A stretch of DNA of 56,535 nucleotides from positions 1-56,535 of the forward strand of contig JAMOQF010000055.1 in NCBI GenBank assembly GCA_027064125.1. Direction: 5' to 3'. This document shows, in pieces, positions 49,050 through 56,535 of the stretch. The translations under genes were made by a program, and so were the position numbers. Origin of the DNA: Acidobacteriota bacterium. GTDB taxonomy: Bacteria > Acidobacteriota > JAAYUB01 > JAMOQF01. The first letter of the stretch is position 1. Each line of letters begins with the position of its first letter. A model generated the notes under the pieces. That model was given only the letters and a program-made list of their open reading frames with translations. It was not told the DNA's origin and did no database searches.

Positions 49050-49891
49050 TGAAAATCTTAATTACAGGAGCAAAGGGTCTACTTGGAGGTTATCTCGTAG
49101 ATTTTTTTAAGAACTCGTATAGGGTCTTTGCATTTGGAAGAAAAGATCTTGACATAACTGATTTTAAATCCTTGAAAAATAAAATTGCGGAGATTAAACC
49201 AGATATTCTTATAAACTGTGCCGCCTATACAGATGTGGATGGGGCTGAAAAAAATTTTAAGGAGGCATTTAGAGTAAATGGCTTTGGTGTGCGTAATTTA
49301 GCAATATTGTCAAGGGATTACGATTTTCATCTGATTCATTTCTCCACAAATTATGTTTTTAAAGGCGATAAAAATAGGTTGTATAATGAGTTTGATATTG
49401 TTTCTCCTGTCAATACCTATGGAGAATCTAAACTTGCGGGGGAATTGGAAATAGAAAAATTTTCAAATAATTATTCAATTATAAGGATATCATGGTTATA
49501 TGGGAATGGAGGCAATTCCTTTCCGGTAAAAATTCTGAAAAAGGCAGAGAAGGAAAGATTTATAAACGTTGTAAATGACATTTATTGTTCCCCAACAAGT
49601 GTAAGGATGGTTGCAGAAACTGTTAATTTTGTTATTAGAAATGGAATTAAGGGAATTTTACACTGTAGTTGTGAAGGTTTTTGCACTTTATATGAATATG
49701 CTTTAATCTTAAAGGATATTTTTAAATTTCCTTCAAAGATTTTACCCATATCTTCAAAAAAGTTTTCCTTTGTGGCCAGAAGGCCTAATTTTTCAGTACT
49801 TGAAAGTATTGTATTTAGGGATTATGGCTATACTTTTAGAAATTTTAGGGAAGAGTTAATCTCTTTTTATAGGGACTATGGTAAAGTTTAA
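49049..49891 (+). CDS. rmlD: dTDP-4-dehydrorhamnose reductase
   Basis: MKILITGAKGLLG, NCAAYTDVDGAE and YGESKLAGE motifs. The ATG overlaps the rmlC TGA by 1 nt. Confidence 0.85.
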   Translation: MKILITGAKGLLGGYLVDFFKNSYRVFAFGRKDLDITDFKSLKNKIAEIKPDILINCAAYTDVDGAEKNFKEAFRVNGFGVRNLAILSRDYDFHLIHFSTNYVFKGDKNRLYNEFDIVSPVNTYGESKLAGELEIEKFSNNYSIIRISWLYGNGGNSFPVKILKKAEKERFINVVNDIYCSPTSVRMVAETVNFVIRNGIKGILHCSCEGFCTLYEYALILKDIFKFPSKILPISSKKFSFVARRPNFSVLESIVFRDYGYTFRNFREELISFYRDYGKV

Positions 49892-50660
49892 AAAAGACCT
49901 GGGGCAAAATTTCTTATATGATCCATCTATTTCAAAAAAGATAGTGGATTTCTCGAAGTTAAAGGATGGAGATATCGTTCTTGAAATTGGTCCTGGCAAA
50001 GGAATTTTAACAGAAGAACTTCTTAGGAGGAATTGTAGACTGTTCTGTGTGGAAGTGGATCCTGAACTTTTCAAATACTTATCATATAAGTTTGGGGAAA
50101 GGATAAATTTATTCAATGAAGACATATTGGAGTTTGATCTGGAAAAGATTGGTGGTGAAAATTTCCATGTAGTTGGAAATTTACCCTACAATATTTCCAC
50201 TGCGATTCTTAAGAAATTTACCATTTGGGGAGAAAATATCTCATCAATGACCTTTATGTTTCAGTTTGAGGTTGCCCGCAGAATTGTCTCTAAAATCAAT
50301 GTAAAAGATTACGGTAGTTTGACGGTTTTTTCAAATACTTTCTGGGAGATAGAAAAGGGATTTAAACTTTCTCCCGGATCCTTTTTTCCGGCTCCCAAGG
50401 TCTATTCCTATGTCTTGAGATTTCACTCATTCAAGAATTTGATAGATTCACAGGATAGGATAAATTACCTGTCCTTTCTAAATTCTATCTTTATGTATAA
50501 GAGAAAAAAGATGGGTACAATATTCAGGAGAAATGGATATCCTGAAGAACTTTTTGAATATGATGATTTAAATATTGATCCAGATTTGAGGCCTCAAAAT
50601 ATTTCTGTTAAATCCTACCTTGCCCTTTTCCAGAAAATTAAAAAAGATGGAACTTTTTAG
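49878..50660 (+). CDS. rsmA: 16S rRNA (adenine1518/1519-N6)-dimethyltransferase
   Basis: KKDLGQNFLYDPSISKKIV, VLEIGPGKGILTEEL and GNLPYNIST motifs of KsgA/RsmA. Confidence 0.9.
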   Translation: MVKFKKDLGQNFLYDPSISKKIVDFSKLKDGDIVLEIGPGKGILTEELLRRNCRLFCVEVDPELFKYLSYKFGERINLFNEDILEFDLEKIGGENFHVVGNLPYNISTAILKKFTIWGENISSMTFMFQFEVARRIVSKINVKDYGSLTVFSNTFWEIEKGFKLSPGSFFPAPKVYSYVLRFHSFKNLIDSQDRINYLSFLNSIFMYKRKKMGTIFRRNGYPEELFEYDDLNIDPDLRPQNISVKSYLALFQKIKKDGTF

Positions 50661-50704
50661 AGAAATTTTTCGTTATTAATTTTTGAAGTAGAAAGTTAGT
50701 GGTT

Positions 50705-51277
50705 ATGGATGACATGGAACTGATAGAAAGATGTAAATGTTCAGATCCAGATGCATGGAATGTTCTGGTAAAAAAGTATTGGAATGATGTTTATAGGATT
50801 GTTTACAGATTGGTCTTTGATAAAGAAATTGCAAAGGACATAACTCAGGAGATTTTTTTAAAACTTATGGACAACATAAAGATTTTCGATGTTAAGAGGG
50901 GAAATTTTAGGAGTTGGTTGAATTCCATTTCAAAAAATTACACCATAGACTATTTGAGAAAAAATAAAATGCGTTTACTTCAACAAAAAGAAGATGTGAG
51001 TGAATTGTGCAAATGGGGAGTTGGCAGCGAAGCACATGAAGATCCCTATTTAAGATTAAGGAGATATGAAAAAAAGGAGTTTTTGAGAAGTTGTCTTATG
51101 GAACTTAAGGAGGATTACAGAACAGTTATAGTGATGAGGGATATTGAAAATCTTTCCTATGAGGAGATGGTGGAAGTACTTGGAATACCCCTTGGAACCC
51201 TTAAATCAAGGTTAAATAGGGCAAGAATTGAACTTGCCAAAATAGTTCTTTCAAGAAAAAAAAGTATAGGTGAATAA
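50705..51277 (+). CDS. ECF-type RNA polymerase sigma-70 family factor
   Basis: Region 2 (VYRIVYRLV..KEIAKDITQEIFLKL) and region 4 (LSYEEMVEVLGIPLGTLKSRLNRAR). Confidence 0.9.
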   Translation: MDDMELIERCKCSDPDAWNVLVKKYWNDVYRIVYRLVFDKEIAKDITQEIFLKLMDNIKIFDVKRGNFRSWLNSISKNYTIDYLRKNKMRLLQQKEDVSELCKWGVGSEAHEDPYLRLRRYEKKEFLRSCLMELKEDYRTVIVMRDIENLSYEEMVEVLGIPLGTLKSRLNRARIELAKIVLSRKKSIGE

Positions 51278-51279
51278 CT

Positions 51280-51816
51280 ATGAGATGTGAGTATTTTGAA
51301 GAATTAATTACTGAGTATCTGGATGGGGAACTTCCTTTACATTTAAAGGAAGAGTTTGAGAAGCATCTTTTTGAATGTAAGAATTGCAGAGATCTTTTTG
51401 AACAAATAAAGGAAAATATGGAGTTGTTGAGGGAATTTAAGGAGGAAGTGGAATTTGATTTTCAGCCTGAAAGTAATATTTTCATCACCAGAAGGCATAA
51501 AAAGAGGGAGTTTATTAAGAGATTTCTTGCCACCGCTGCAATTTTTATTATGGGAATTTTTATGTTAAGGGGGGTGGTGGCTTTTAGAAATGTCTCTTTT
51601 AACTCCCTTTTAATTGATACTGCACAAAGTTTTATGTCTGTTGCTGTTAATTCTCAAAAATTGATTTTTAATGCTAAAAATTTTGGGGAAAGGGCTCTAA
51701 ATAAATTTGATGGGGTAAAGAACGATTTTTCCAGGCACTATAGAGAGTTTGAAAAGGAATTTAGTATGAACAAAAATCCTAATTATAGAGAAAAAAATTT
51801 TAAGATAGGGAGGTAA
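51280..51816 (+). CDS. Zinc-binding (ZAS-type) anti-sigma factor with one TM segment
   Basis: Lies immediately downstream of the sigma gene. H-x3-C-x2-C motif HLFECKNC. TM segment FLATAAIFIMGIFML. Confidence 0.75.
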   Translation: MRCEYFEELITEYLDGELPLHLKEEFEKHLFECKNCRDLFEQIKENMELLREFKEEVEFDFQPESNIFITRRHKKREFIKRFLATAAIFIMGIFMLRGVVAFRNVSFNSLLIDTAQSFMSVAVNSQKLIFNAKNFGERALNKFDGVKNDFSRHYREFEKEFSMNKNPNYREKNFKIGR

Positions 51817-51819
51817 AAA

Positions 51820-52449
51820 ATGAATTGCTTTTATCATGGGGATAGACCCGCAAATAACTTTTGTAACAACTGTGGTAAACCTCTTTGTGATGAGTGTAAA
51901 AGAGAGGTTAAGGGGAGAATTTATTGTGAAGATTGTCTTTATGGGGCAATATCTTCACAGGAAAGGTTAAAGGCAATTGAAAACAGGTCTCCTATTCCCG
52001 GAATTTCCTTACTTCTTGCTTTTTTGCCGGGACTTGGAGCAATTTATAATGGGGAATATTTAAAGGCAATTTTCCAGTTTGTGATTTTTTGTTCCCTAAT
52101 TTTTCTTGCGAATATCACCGGTTTTTTCTTGTTTGGTCTGGGAGCAGCGCTTTACTATTTTTACACAATTTTTGATGCCTATAAGAGTGCCAATGAGATA
52201 AGGATAAAGGGAAGAAAAATTGAATCTGAAAGTAAATCTGTAGGGGTTTACAGAGGTGTCTTTCTGATCTTGCTTGGTATTTTGTTTTTGCTCAATAACT
52301 TTGGGCTTTTGAGTTTTTCCTTTATGAAGATTTACTGGCCATTTTTGTTGATTGTTTTAGGTGCTTATTTGATTTATAGAGAGGTTGCCCAAAAAAATAA
52401 AAAAGAAGAAATTGCCAAAGTAGATGGTGGGGAGGAAAAAAATGAGTAA
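51820..52449 (+). CDS. Membrane protein with an N-terminal zinc ribbon (B-box-like) and a LiaI/LiaF-like TM region
   Basis: CFYHGDRPANNFCNNCGKPLCDECK...YCEDC. Multiple TM segments. The C-terminal GVFLILLGILFLLNNFGLL...YWPFLLIVLGAYLIY motif recurs in the next gene. Confidence 0.6.
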   Translation: MNCFYHGDRPANNFCNNCGKPLCDECKREVKGRIYCEDCLYGAISSQERLKAIENRSPIPGISLLLAFLPGLGAIYNGEYLKAIFQFVIFCSLIFLANITGFFLFGLGAALYYFYTIFDAYKSANEIRIKGRKIESESKSVGVYRGVFLILLGILFLLNNFGLLSFSFMKIYWPFLLIVLGAYLIYREVAQKNKKEEIAKVDGGEEKNE

Positions 52450-54193
52450 AGGAAAAAAGGGAACCATCTTTGGGGGGATTTTATTAATAATTTTGGGGAT
52501 TTTACTTCTTTTTCAAAATATATATGGTGGTTTCTCAATATCCAGAATTATATTAAAATTTTGGCCCCTTATTCTTATTTATATAGGTATTAAGAAAATT
52601 TATCTTTATTTTGACAGGGATTCTAAAAATTTTGAAAAGAGAAGTTTTTCGGCGATTTTTGTCTATTTGTTTCTTGGGAGTGTCTTTTTGGCTAACAATT
52701 TGGGGATGTTTTCTTTAGATGTGAAAATTGTTAAACTCTATTGGCCTCTCATTTTTATAGTTGTTGGACTTGGAAAAATAGTGGACCATTTTATTGGAAG
52801 GCAAGTTAGGATTAAGGGAAGTGAGGTCATCTTTTTAATATTTATAATACTTGTAGGGCTTAGTAGTTCTCTTGTGTTTAAAATTGAAAGGTGGGTGAAT
52901 GGAAGATGGGGAAACGTAAATATTGCTGTGGAAAGGGTTATAAATAAGGGTGAAATTGGTGGAAAATTGGTTGAAAGGTTGAAATTTGAAAATAAGATTA
53001 AGGTGGATGGTATAAACAAAATTTTTTTAGATGTAAATGATTCAAACATCTCTTTTGTAAAGGGAGAAAGTGAAGGTTATATAAAAGTTGTGGAGACTGT
53101 TAAATCTTTTGAGGGTAAAGGTAGAAAATTATTAAAGAGGGACTTTTCAAACAAAATATTTAAGGAAGGCTCTGTCTTAAAAATAAAAACGCCTATGATA
53201 AGCGGCTATAGAGGTTTTAGGATTTATGAAAGAATATTACTTCCCCGCGTCATTAAAAATGTCGTTGTTAATTCTCATGGGGGAGATATAGAGGCCAGAG
53301 GATTAGATGCTGATATTTTAGTTGAAAATTCCATAGGGGATATTGATTTTATAGATATAAGGGGAAATGTTAAACTTAACAATTTTTCTGGAAATGTTTT
53401 TTTAAAGAGAATTGGTGGAAATGTGGATACTGAAATAAAAAATGGGAATTTAACATTGTTGAATTTGAGTGGGGATTTAAATTTGAAGGAGAGTTTTTCA
53501 AATATTGAAGTTAAAAATGTAAATGGAATTTCAAGGATAAATTTAAATTATGGAAATTTTTCGGGGAATACATTTAAAAATTCAACTTTTTTAAAATCCC
53601 ATTCCTGTAAAGTGAATATTAAAAAAGTTGAAGGGAATATTGATATGCAGTTTAAGTTTGGAGAGGTAAATATTTATGATGTAAAAGGAAATGTTTCATT
53701 TGTTGGGAAATCTGATTCTCTTGAGATGGATAAAGTTAATGGCAAAATTACCGGTAAGTCTGAATTTTTAAAGATTAGAATTTTTAATGTGATGAAGGAT
53801 ATTGAGATCACAGGGAAAAATAGTGATTTTTTTGTAAAAAATGTTTCTGGTACCACCTTTGTTGAAAATAAATTTGGATCTTTTCAAGGTGTAGATTGTG
53901 GTAGAAATGTGGTAATAAAGAATTTTGGTGGAGATTTGAAATATGGAATAAATAAGAACTTAAAAAGTGTTTCTCTTTTTGCTAAAAATGGAAATATTTA
54001 TCTTTCTGTGGATAAAGGACTTAAATTAAACTATAAATTTTCAGCATCTTTTGGAAAAATATTTGTTCCTCGTGATTTTTCTAACAAAGTCTTAAAAAAG
54101 GGTGCAAATAGTTATTTTACAATTTTTAATAAGAATATATCTAAAAATGTGGTCTGCAATTCCACTTATGGAAATATATATTTTAACCGTTGA
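52442..54193 (+). CDS. Membrane protein with N-terminal LiaF-like TM repeats and a C-terminal DUF4097/toastrack-like beta-helix repeat domain
   Basis: ATG 52442 follows GGGGAGG. LLIILGILLLFQN...FWPLILIYIGI and LANNLGMF...YWPLIFIVVGLG. Many repeats of G(D/N)(I/V).(I/V/L)....G.(I/V/L). Confidence 0.6.
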   Translation: MSKGKKGTIFGGILLIILGILLLFQNIYGGFSISRIILKFWPLILIYIGIKKIYLYFDRDSKNFEKRSFSAIFVYLFLGSVFLANNLGMFSLDVKIVKLYWPLIFIVVGLGKIVDHFIGRQVRIKGSEVIFLIFIILVGLSSSLVFKIERWVNGRWGNVNIAVERVINKGEIGGKLVERLKFENKIKVDGINKIFLDVNDSNISFVKGESEGYIKVVETVKSFEGKGRKLLKRDFSNKIFKEGSVLKIKTPMISGYRGFRIYERILLPRVIKNVVVNSHGGDIEARGLDADILVENSIGDIDFIDIRGNVKLNNFSGNVFLKRIGGNVDTEIKNGNLTLLNLSGDLNLKESFSNIEVKNVNGISRINLNYGNFSGNTFKNSTFLKSHSCKVNIKKVEGNIDMQFKFGEVNIYDVKGNVSFVGKSDSLEMDKVNGKITGKSEFLKIRIFNVMKDIEITGKNSDFFVKNVSGTTFVENKFGSFQGVDCGRNVVIKNFGGDLKYGINKNLKSVSLFAKNGNIYLSVDKGLKLNYKFSASFGKIFVPRDFSNKVLKKGANSYFTIFNKNISKNVVCNSTYGNIYFNR

Positions 54194-54213
54194 TTTCTTG
54201 AAGGAGGTAAAGG

Positions 54214-55077
54214 ATGAGAAAATTTTTGCCATTTTTAATCTTACTGTTATTTTCAATATTTTTTTTGACGGGATGTGTTGAAGAATTTTACATGAATCCA
54301 CCTCATAAATCGATATTTCAAAAGGAAGTTAATTTTTCAGGGGAAAAAAGTCTTAATATTACTTGTAAATCGGGGGTTGCTGATTTAAAGATAGCTCCCA
54401 TTGAAACTAATAGTAAAAAACTTTTTAAACTTGAGGTGGTATATGACGATGCCAATCAAAAACTCCATTATGATTTTACAAGAAATGACTTAACAATTAC
54501 CCTTGAAGGTAGAAAATCTTCAAAGCACTTGAATTCCACCATTACACTTTTCGTTTCTAAAAAAGTTCCAGTTTCTTTTGATATAAGGGTTGGTGTTGGA
54601 AATGGCAATATAGATTTAACTGGACTTAAAGTGAAGAGTTTTAATATAAAGACAGGGGTTGGGGATACTGATATTTTTTGTAAAGAGAAAAATGAAATGG
54701 TGTGTGAAGGTATTACCATAAAAAATGGTGTTGGGGATTTGAGCTTTATTGGGCTTGGAAATTTAAATTGTAAGGAATTTGAATGTACAGGAGGTGTTGG
54801 AGATTGCCATATTGAAGTTGGTGATAGATGGAAAGGAGAAGTTAGGGGAAAGGTAGAAAGTGGCGTCGGAGATGTTGAAATATTTTTTCCAGAAAGTGTT
54901 GCTGTAGAGGCTAGGGTTGTAGGAAGCAAATATACTTCATCTGTTTCGGTTGATTATGATGTTTTTGAAAAGTCCAATGAGCATTTGTATATTACAAGGG
55001 GATTTAAGGAAAAGGATAAGAAACTCTATTTGAAAATAGTTTCAGGCGTGGGAGATGTTAAAATAAGAGTAAAATAG
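54214..55077 (+). CDS. Lipoprotein with a toastrack (LiaF C-terminal / DUF2154-like) domain
   Basis: Lipobox FFLTGC. Five GVGD(T/L/C/V) repeats (GVGDTDI, GVGDLSF, GVGDCHI, GVGDVEI, GVGDVKI). GGAGG RBS. Confidence 0.6.
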   Translation: MRKFLPFLILLLFSIFFLTGCVEEFYMNPPHKSIFQKEVNFSGEKSLNITCKSGVADLKIAPIETNSKKLFKLEVVYDDANQKLHYDFTRNDLTITLEGRKSSKHLNSTITLFVSKKVPVSFDIRVGVGNGNIDLTGLKVKSFNIKTGVGDTDIFCKEKNEMVCEGITIKNGVGDLSFIGLGNLNCKEFECTGGVGDCHIEVGDRWKGEVRGKVESGVGDVEIFFPESVAVEARVVGSKYTSSVSVDYDVFEKSNEHLYITRGFKEKDKKLYLKIVSGVGDVKIRVK

Positions 55078-55090
55078 GTGGTAATTAATT

Positions 55091-56038
55091 GTGGTAAAGA
55101 AGGGAATTGTCTTACTGTCAATGGGTGGAGCTGAAAATAGGGAAGAATTGAAACTTTTTTTGAAAAACATGTTCTATGACAGGAATATTCTGCCCATTAA
55201 GAATAATTTTTTAAGGTTGGCTGTTTCAAGTTTTATTGCAAATATTAGGGTCAATAGGGCATATAAGAACTATATGGAAATTGGTGGAAGGTCTCCTTTA
55301 AAAGAAATAACTTTTAAAATAAGAGACAAAATGAGGGAAAAAATAGATGATGAGGTATTTATAGCCTTCAGGTATTTACCTCCTTTTAGTTATGATGTTA
55401 TAAAGAAAATGAAAGGAAGGGGGATTGAGGAAGTTTTTCTTCTTCCTCTTTATCCACATAACTCTATTTCCACTGTGAAGTCATCAATTGATGATTTTTA
55501 TAAATGGGTAGATAAGTTTAATTTAAATTTTGAAATAAAAGTTATGAAGCCATTTTATAAAGAGGAAGATTATAATGATTTAATTTGCAAAGGGATATTG
55601 GATTACGTAGGTGATAGGGATTGTGGTGATTTTATACTCTTATTTTCTGCCCATTCAATTCCTGAAAAATTTATTGAATATGGAGATACTTATAAAGAGG
55701 AAGTTGAAGAGCATGTGGAAATTTTAAGTAAAAAATTAGGAAAAATGGGAGCGAACTTTAAAAATATAGTGCTTGGCTATCAGTCAAGGTTGGGACCTGT
55801 TAAATGGGTGGGACCTGCTCTTGAAGATGTGTTGAAAAAATTGGAAGGTGAGAAAGTAATTATTTATCCTATTTCCTTTGTGGTGGACAATATTGAGACC
55901 CTTTATGAACTTGAAATTGAATATGAAAAAATTGCACATGATCTTGGTATCCTTGAATATAAGGTGATAAAATGTCCCAACGCTTCCGATGAATTTATAG
56001 ATTTCCTCATAAAAGGTGCCAGGCACGATTTTGATTAA
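55091..56038 (+). CDS. hemH: Ferrochelatase
   Basis: GIVLLSMGGAENREELKLFLKNMFYDRNILPI, LPLYPH, and SAHSIPEKFIEYGDTY motifs. GTG start. Confidence 0.9.
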   Translation: MVKKGIVLLSMGGAENREELKLFLKNMFYDRNILPIKNNFLRLAVSSFIANIRVNRAYKNYMEIGGRSPLKEITFKIRDKMREKIDDEVFIAFRYLPPFSYDVIKKMKGRGIEEVFLLPLYPHNSISTVKSSIDDFYKWVDKFNLNFEIKVMKPFYKEEDYNDLICKGILDYVGDRDCGDFILLFSAHSIPEKFIEYGDTYKEEVEEHVEILSKKLGKMGANFKNIVLGYQSRLGPVKWVGPALEDVLKKLEGEKVIIYPISFVVDNIETLYELEIEYEKIAHDLGILEYKVIKCPNASDEFIDFLIKGARHDFD

Positions 56039-56054
56039 TTTGTTGTTGAATGTT

Positions 56055-56130
56055 ATTAAATGTGCCGGGCAATTTATTTTATTTTTAGATAAGATCAGGT
56101 GTATTAAAATGGGTGTCTGGCAAGCAGATA
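56055..56130 (+). repeat. Degenerate copies of the GTGTCAGGCA word starting another repeat locus (R7) at the window end
   Basis: GTGCCGGGCAA (~56063) and GGTGTCTGGCAAG (~56111) lie just downstream of the hemH stop. The remaining ~400 bp to the window end are ORF-free and G+T-rich. Confidence 0.45.
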
Positions 56131-56535
56131 TTTATGTATTTGTGTATTTTAGTACTTATATTTAGATGAGGATAAAAGAGGTTGAAGTATGGGAAAGGTT
56201 TTTTTGATGTAATGGAGTGTATTTAATGTGTTATTTTTGTATGTTAATGGTTTAAGTTAAATTGTTTTTTTTATGTTTTAAATTGATGAAGTTTTAATTT
56301 TATCTTAATTTAAGGGTTAGAGATTAGAAGATTAGACTTTTTAAAATATTGTTTTCCATTAGTTTTTTTATTTAATTTTCCTTCAGGTAATTTTAAGTTT
56401 TATACTGTTTTTTTAGGTTTTATTAAGGAGAAGAGTTTGTTTTTATCATCAAAGGTAGAGTAATTTTTCAGTTTTTTTAGATTGCATTTTTTCATGAATT
56501 TTTCATGAAAACGTTTTATAAAATCAATAGATCCA

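Noticed and set aside
1338-54929. Numerous antisense or shadow ORFs in the track (for example 1338..1577, 4091..4709, 6329..6691, 8183..8702, 12044..12370, 15304..15880, 16127..16606, 21179..21623, 27656..28085, 28548..29726, 47187..47564, 48201..48533, 52738..53049, 54468..54929)
   Set aside because: Each lies wholly inside a longer ORF with clear family motifs on the other strand or frame. Their translations are low-complexity or Ser/Leu/Phe-rich, as expected for AT-rich shadow frames.
1-56535. tRNA, rRNA, tmRNA, RNase P or SRP RNA genes in the intergenic regions
   Set aside because: I found no cloverleaf-compatible G/C-rich stems or conserved boxes by eye. The long spacers are accounted for by the repeat family. 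A tRNAscan/Infernal run would be needed to exclude these genes formally.

Overview
AT-rich (roughly one-third G+C by eye) bacterial chromosomal segment with about 50 protein genes in ten alternating strand blocks. I saw no rRNA, tRNA, CRISPR array, transposase, integrase or phage genes. Housekeeping content: tal, pepF, ahcY, dus, purC, cvpA, greA, a HIT protein, HU, rpsA, ispH, htpX, tsf, rpsB, rpsI, rplM, rmlA/C/D, rsmA and hemH. Envelope and secreted content: an M36-like metalloprotease, a tricorn-like protease, a 14-blade repeat protein, and a right-handed beta-helix pseudogene. Three of these carry the same C-terminal dockerin-type module. There is also a transglutaminase-like active/inactive paralogue pair, a Hanks-type Ser/Thr kinase with a large helical-repeat domain, and an ECF sigma/anti-sigma cluster followed by three LiaF/toastrack-like genes. 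The outstanding signal is non-coding. Nearly every long intergenic spacer is built from one family of short G/C-rich words and a ~111-122 bp unit, arranged as mosaic and tandem arrays in both orientations. These spacers are 94-388, 6754-8072, 18586-21093, 32943-33882, 36748-36905, 39198-40548 and 56039-end, together about 7 kb or ~12% of the window. Distant copies share 26-31 nt near-identical blocks, and two arrays share conserved boundary modules. One array sits exactly between the N-terminal and C-terminal remnants of a destroyed paralogue of the adjacent kinase gene, which argues that the array is, or was, an invasive element. I could not match the family to any repeat or RNA class I know. 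It is the best candidate here for something undescribed.
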